Positions 58,196-64,000 of a stretch of 64,000 nt of DNA are shown here, piece after piece. The position numbers and the translations under genes are program-made. The DNA is from Cyanophora paradoxa CCMP329 (taxonomy: Eukaryota; Plantae; Glaucophyta): NCBI GenBank assembly GCA_004431415.1, contig QPMI01000434.1:186001-250000 (forward strand). Direction: 5' to 3'. Position 1 is the first letter of the stretch, and every line of letters begins with the position of its first letter. The notes under the pieces were generated by a model. The model was not told where the DNA came from. It saw nothing but the letters and a program-made list of their open reading frames with translations, and did no database searches.

Positions 58196-60625
58196 ATGTC
58201 GTACTCGTACTCTTCGTCGGTGAGCAGCGGCGCGGCCGGATCGACCGGTCCGTTCCAAACCGCCCACCCGGATCTCACCGCGTGCCCGGGCGGGCGCAGT
58301 CGTGGGGCGTGGGCCCGACCACGGGCTCGTCCTCGTCCTCGTGGTCCGAGGAGGTCACCGAGGTGCACGACGGCAAGGACCACCCGTGCGCCGCCCGCCG
58401 CCGCCGCGCCCGCCCGTCTCCGCGCCCGCCCGACGGCGTCCCTGACCGCCGCCCCCCCCCACCTTGGCACGCCCTGCCTTGCAGGATGGTCTTCATGCAG
58501 GGCTCGGACGGCCGCTACTCCCAGGGCTACGGCTCCTCGTCCACCGAGTGCGCCCGCCGCCTCCGCCGCCGCCGTCCCGCGCCCCGCGGCCTCCGGCGCG
58601 AGCCCCGGGGCGTCCAGGTACGAGTTCGGCTCGGGCGGCGTGCACACCGGCGAGTACGCGTCGGGCGTCGAGTACGTGAGCGGCGGCAGCGGCGCCTCCT
58701 ACTCGAGCGGCGCCTCCTACTCGAGCGGCGGGGCGCAGTACGGGTCGTCGGGGGCGGCGGGCGGCTCGTCGTACGCGGTGACGACCTCGTCGGGCCCCGC
58801 GGTCGACGTGCACGTCTCGAAGGACCTCCTCGTCTCCAAGGACGTCGCCGTCGACGTCGCCGTCCCCGCCGCCGCCGCCTCCGCCGCCGCCTACACCGGC
58901 GCCAGCACGGTCACCTACAGCGCCTCCAGCGCCCCCGTCGTCATCAACTCGTACACGGGCGCCGCCCCCGCCGGCACCTCCGGCTCCGCCACCGTCAACG
59001 TGCCCCTCGCCCGCCCCCTCGCCCGCCCCTCGCGAGCGGCCCTCACGCTCACGGGGGGCAGTACTACGAGGCGGCGGCCTCGTCGAACCCGGCGGTGGTG
59101 GACTTCGCCGGCTCGTACGGGGCCGACCGCAGCGGCTACTCGTACGGCCTCGGCGCCTCCTCCGAGGCCAAGTACGGCGAGGCGGCGCACGGCGGGCACG
59201 GCTCGAGCGGGTACGAGTACTCGCTCTCGTCGGGCGGCTCGGGCGGCTCCGCCTCGCGCGAGGTCGTCACCGGGAGCCACGGCGGCTACGGCTACGGCAG
59301 CGCCGGCGCCAGCCACGAGTCCTCCTCCTACTCCACCGGCGCCAGCTACGACAGGTGAGGGAGGGCGGCTGGGCGGCTGTGCTGGGCTGGGCGGGGTGGG
59401 GCGGGGCGGGGCGAACGCTCCCAAGGCAGGCGTAGCCCCGCCGCGCCGCCCATTCCCTGACCCCGCCTCTCCCAGCGGGGCCTCGTACGGCTCGGCGTCG
59501 TACTCGCAGCAGGAGGTCGTCTCGTCGGGCGCCTCGAGCGCCGCCGCCGCCTCCCTCCCCGTCTCCGACCTCTACGCGTGCGCCCCTTCACACACACACA
59601 CCCTCTCCCCCCTGTCTGTCGGTGACGCTCGGGAGCAGGGAGCAGCTGCCGATCGCGGTGCCGCAGACGGCCGACCTCCCGCTCCACGAGGCCGTGCGCC
59701 GCCGCCCCAGCGCGCCCCCAGCCGCCTAGCGTCAGGCCGCCTGCGCCCTGCCCGCTGCCCGGCCGCCTCGCCCCGAGCTGCCGGCCGCTGAGGCGCCGCG
59801 AGCAGATTTTCCACGCGACGCCGGTGCCGGTCGTCGAGCAGGACGAGTGCGTCAACAAGACCTACGAGAAGGTGCATCATGCGGATTTAAAACGTTGTAG
59901 ATCGGTATAAGAGGCCCACGAGAAGGCGTGCTTGGTGGCGGGCGCCCCCCGCTGCGCTGCGCCAGAGGGCCCGTGGACCGGCGGGCCGCAGCGAGTCGCT
60001 GATTTTCCTAGCGAGTAGCTGATTTCCCGCCACCTTCAGATCGACATCTACACGCCCAAGACGAACATGCTCTCCATCCACTCGAACCGCCTCGGCAGCA
60101 TGAACTTTGGTGCGCTCTCAGCGGGCGCTGGGCGGGGCCCATCCGACGCTTGGCGGGGGGCAGAGACGATCAAGGGCGGCGAGGCAATCCACCTGGAGCC
60201 CCTCAAGCAGGTGCGATGCGATGCGGCTCCAAAGAGCTGTCCCCCCCCCCCCCCCCCCGACGCGCCCCGCAGACCGTCCTCGTCCCGGCCGGCTGCGGCT
60301 GCGGCGGCTGCGGCGGCTGCGGCTGCGGCTGCGCGGCGGTGCGCGGCGGCGCTGAATCCCGCCCTCCCGTCTATCATCTGAACGCGGGGCGCCGCAGGAG
60401 AAGGACGAGGAGTCGCAGGTCGAGGTGGAGGAGGCGCTGGCGCCCCCGGCCTCGGACGCCGAGGCGCTGCCCTCGGCGGCCCCCGCCCCGGAGGCGGAGG
60501 GGGACATGGCGGACGTCCTCGCCTCCGAGGCCCTCCTCGCCGCCGACGACGAGCTCGCCTTCGTGCGCCCTTCTCACCTCGAGCTCCCTCCGATTCGGCC
60601 CCGCTGACTCGCCCCGCAGCTGTGA
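58196..60625 (+). CDS. Ser/Gly/Tyr/Ala-rich low-complexity protein with acidic C-terminus
   Basis: MSYSYSSSVSSG..., GASYSSGASYSSGG, VDVHVSKDLLVSKDVAVDVAVP, then short exons to EKDEESQVEVEE...DELAFL*; consistent splice sites and strong GC3 bias. Confidence 0.7.
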
Positions 60626-63600
60626 GCGCCCGCGAGACGCCCCGGCCCAGTGCTGCCCGCACGGGCTGTCGGCCCTGCTCCACGTCCTCTCCTCTCTCGG
60701 CTTGAACTGTGTCGCAGTGTAGCTAGTCAACGTGCCAAGCCGTGCAAAGATTACAATAGTTTCATTGTGCTTTCGAATTCCACCGATCGCGAACACCGAG
60801 CCGTCGCAGAGGGCCGACCTCGCTGCCAAGGGCGGGCCGTAAGACTTCGGGAAGGGGGCAAGGTGGAGGGGCAGGGGGTTGGGGGCTCGTCTAGAGGGTT
60901 CGGGACTCACCGGGAGGATGGCAAGGCGGAGGGGCATGCGCGCGCAGGGGGCCCGGGCCATATACCCTCATGATCATATGCATGATCATGATCCGATGAT
61001 CTTGATCAGAGTCTGCCAGGCCCTGAGGCTGAGCTCGAGAGCTCGCGACTCGGCGATCGAGCCTCGGAGCTCGAGAGGCTTCGAATTCGAATTCCGAGTT
61101 CAGAGCGAATTATCATAGTATTGAACGTTAACATGTATGCATATCATAGTATCATGATCATACTATGATACTATGATGCGGTCCAACGATCCGGCCGAGC
61201 GCTACCAGGCTAGCCGCTCAAATGATGCGGCTGGAAACAGCTGCAGCGGCGCGTGGGGATTCCGCGCGCGGGGCCGGGGCTGGGAGGGGGGCAACCCCCT
61301 TCCTTAAGCTTCCTGGCCGGACCTATCGATATCCAAGCAAATTTTTGCAAGCACCCGTCGCAGCGCATATGCATGCGCTGCGCTTGCAATTGGCCGCAGT
61401 GGCATCCGATCCGATCCGCTGAGCGTGCACACGCCTCCAGCTGCAGGAGCCGCTGAGCCTCGGAGCTCGAGTCCAGGCCCTCGCGAGGCTATATTTCGAT
61501 TATGTCTGCCCAATACGTGTACTGCCCTGCGCTGCTAGCCTATATCATGATCATATATAACTTGGTAATATTGTATAGCGCTAGCTAGCTATAGTGGCTA
61601 ATACTATGATAGTGAAATTACTAAAAGTTCAAAAGTTACTATTTTCATGATGCTGACTGAACAACACTGGCCGCTGAGCTTAATCGCGATCGATGTCCGA
61701 CGGTCCTAATTATAAACTGCACGTGCACATATGAAGTTTGCGTCTGATGATCCTAGCTATACGCATTACAGTTTTGAATTCTAGATCTGCATTGGGAGCC
61801 GGCAAGCAATTTGCAACGATATCGATACGATGTCCTGATAATCAACAAAAAATCCGACTCGGCGAAAGGCTTAAGTTCCCGATCTCGAGGCCTCGGAGAA
61901 CTGTCTCCTTGCGTTCCTTTCGCCCTCCGCAGAGAAGCATTGCCAGAGCATCTGCATTCCACCCGATCGAGTAAGCAATTAGACTCGGAAGTGTTTTTTC
62001 TTTGAATTCGGAAGGATTCGTAGAAATCGCACCGCGGCAACGGGGGATGGCGAACCCTTTCCAGAATTACCCGTATAAGACAAACGGCGCTCCCGATCAT
62101 GAGCTGGAGACCGGCTGTCGCTTTCCAGGGCGTGCCGGTCTCGGCGAAAGAGAGCGGCGCCGGAGAGGCTCGGGCCGCGGGGGCGCCCCGCTGCGCACGC
62201 GAATTCGAAAGGGGGCGGGCTGGAGCTGGCGCTGCCCGGGCTGGGTCCAAGTGCGGTCGGGGCCGAGTGCATGGAGAGTGAGCTGCAGGTGTCATCGTCG
62301 TCGGCAGCTGCAGACCGGCTCTCCTCGCACTCTAGTTGGTACTGCGGGAAAGACATAGGAGGCGAGCTCTGGAGCACCTCCCTCGCACACGCCAGAGGGC
62401 TCATCATCACAAAAAGCGGAGAAGCTCAGATCAGGGCTGCGCGCCCGGGCCGGCCCTCCTGGCCAACGTTCACGTTTCCAATTGCAACTTGTACGTGGCA
62501 CCGTGCCGTACCGCCCGCACTCACGGCCGCGGGCGACGTCGTCAACGGCGCGGAGCTGACGAGGGCCGGGCGCGGCACTGCGGGAGGCGCAGGAGCCGCG
62601 CGGCTACCAGGCTGACCGATACCGCCGTTGCAATTGCACCAGGGATCGGTTCCTCGAAATCTCACGTTGCAATCTCACGCTTGCTGCTCGCTGCGGCTGC
62701 CGGCGCCGGGCTGATCGACGAACTTCGGAATACCGCGTAGTACCACGACTACAGTCGACGTCGCTTCCTGAAGAGCGTGTACTACGGTATACGTACGCGT
62801 TGATTCCGTCGCCGAGTCGCTTCCTGTTCACCGCTTCGAATTCCTGCGCATGCAGGCTGCAGCTTCCTGCAGCTGCAGCCTGCAGGCTCTCAGAGTCTGC
62901 AGCTGCCAGGCTCAGCGGCTGCACTGCAGCAGTGCAGCTGCCGCAGTGCGCGCGGCGGCAGCTGCATGATGGAGCCTGCATCATCCGAGTCCTGCATGGG
63001 CGCCGGCCGCCGGCGGCCCGGCGCCGCGCCGCCGCCGGCGCCGGCGCCGGCGCGCGCCGCGCGCGCGCGCGCCGCGCGCCGCGCGCGCTGCAGCTGCTGC
63101 CGGCGCCGCACTGCGGCAGGCCCGCAGTGCCAGCCTGCAGCTGCAGCCTGCGCGCGCGGCAGTGCGCGCAGCTGCATGCTGCTGCACTGCACAGTGCACA
63201 CTGGCAGCTGGCGGCGCCGGCGGCGCCGGCGCCTGGCGCGGCAGCTGCGGTCAGTGCGCCGCCGGTCACCGCCGACTCATGATCACCGGGTGGCGCCCAA
63301 TATATTAATGCGCCGCCCAATGCATACAGCGGCCCCAGACCCATAACTCTATACCCCGGTAGGCCGGACCGGACTCCTCGACTAGTAGTACTGGGTACTA
63401 CTGGGCCAGTACTGGCCCAGTGCCCCGTCCAGTGGCCATGGGGCCGCAGCGCTTATTATTAAGCGTGGTACCCGCCGCTACTACCGGTACCCGGCCGCGG
63501 CCGGCCCCACCGGCGCGGGCCGCCGCCGGAAAATTTGAAAGTTTCTTTAATATATCATATATATGGAACTTCGGAGGCCGCGCCGCGCCGCGGCGCTGGC

Positions 63601-63899
63601 GCCGCCGCCGCGGCCCTCGCCGAGTCGGCCTGCAGCTGAGGGCCTGTCACCAGTGTACCGGTATGCCGTCGGACGATCTATAGAGAGAGGAGGGACGGGG
63701 GGAGATCCTGGCGGAGGGGGATGCCAGCTCGTGCACCGGGCTTGAGGCACTTCTGCCCCGCGACGAACGAGCCGAGGGCCATCACCTGTGCACGCACACG
63801 CGCGCAGAGCCTGAGCCGCTGAGCTCGAGCCTGAGCGCAACCGGGTACCCGTGACCCCATCTGATTTCTAGAGGGGATATATCGATAGGGGCATCCCGG

Positions 63900-63987
63900 G
63901 CCTGAGCGGAAGCTTGAGCGCGCCTTGGCGGGGTGGAAGCCGTGGAGGAGGCCGAAGATGAAGGCCCCGATGTACGCGTCCCCGCAC
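63900..63987 (-). other. Exon fragment of a PfkB-family sugar kinase (gene runs off the window; possibly degenerate)
   Basis: After a CAG acceptor: (G)CGDAYIGAFIFGLLHG, resembling the PfkB GxGD signature; no clear downstream continuation. Confidence 0.4.
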
Positions 63988-64000
63988 CTGCCCGGCCATA

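Noticed and set aside
60290-60335. (GCG/GCT)n poly-Ala-like microsatellite; similar at 57270-57305 and 36575-36650
   Set aside because: Lie within introns; ordinary slippage repeats
1-64000. tRNA, rRNA or snRNA genes
   Set aside because: None recognisable by eye; a covariance-model scan would be needed to exclude them

Overview
GC-rich eukaryotic nuclear DNA, gene-dense, with very many short (~60-90 nt) spliceosomal introns, so most ORF-track entries are intron read-throughs or antisense shadows. Plastid transit peptides with an N-terminal aromatic residue (MAAFACGVP, MNAYVCVP, MTPVAFAVP) and a cyanobacterial-type BciB suggest a glaucophyte-like alga (inference). About 15 genes were reconstructed by hand: a myosin VI-like motor, TSC2/tuberin, a SNF2-RING helicase, BciB divergent to BCAT, an 11x IQ-repeat protein, ALDH3, an SDR, fumarylacetoacetase, a protein with four LWDERA repeats, an orphan, fibrillin, a RING protein, MBF1 and a Ser/Gly/Tyr-rich protein. 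A 5.8 kb element with CACAG...CTGTG terminal inverted repeats (37282-43065) carries 174-bp and ~130-bp tandem arrays, plus a recently inserted non-autonomous LTR element (identical 343-bp LTRs, CCCT target-site duplication). The strongest candidate for a new system is the myosin. It has the class VI converter and an insert-2-like ('reverse gear') segment, a very long coiled coil, and apparently two alternative C-termini: a hydrophobic membrane-anchor-like end or a RUN domain. Exon structures and family assignments come from reading and recalled motifs, not database searches.
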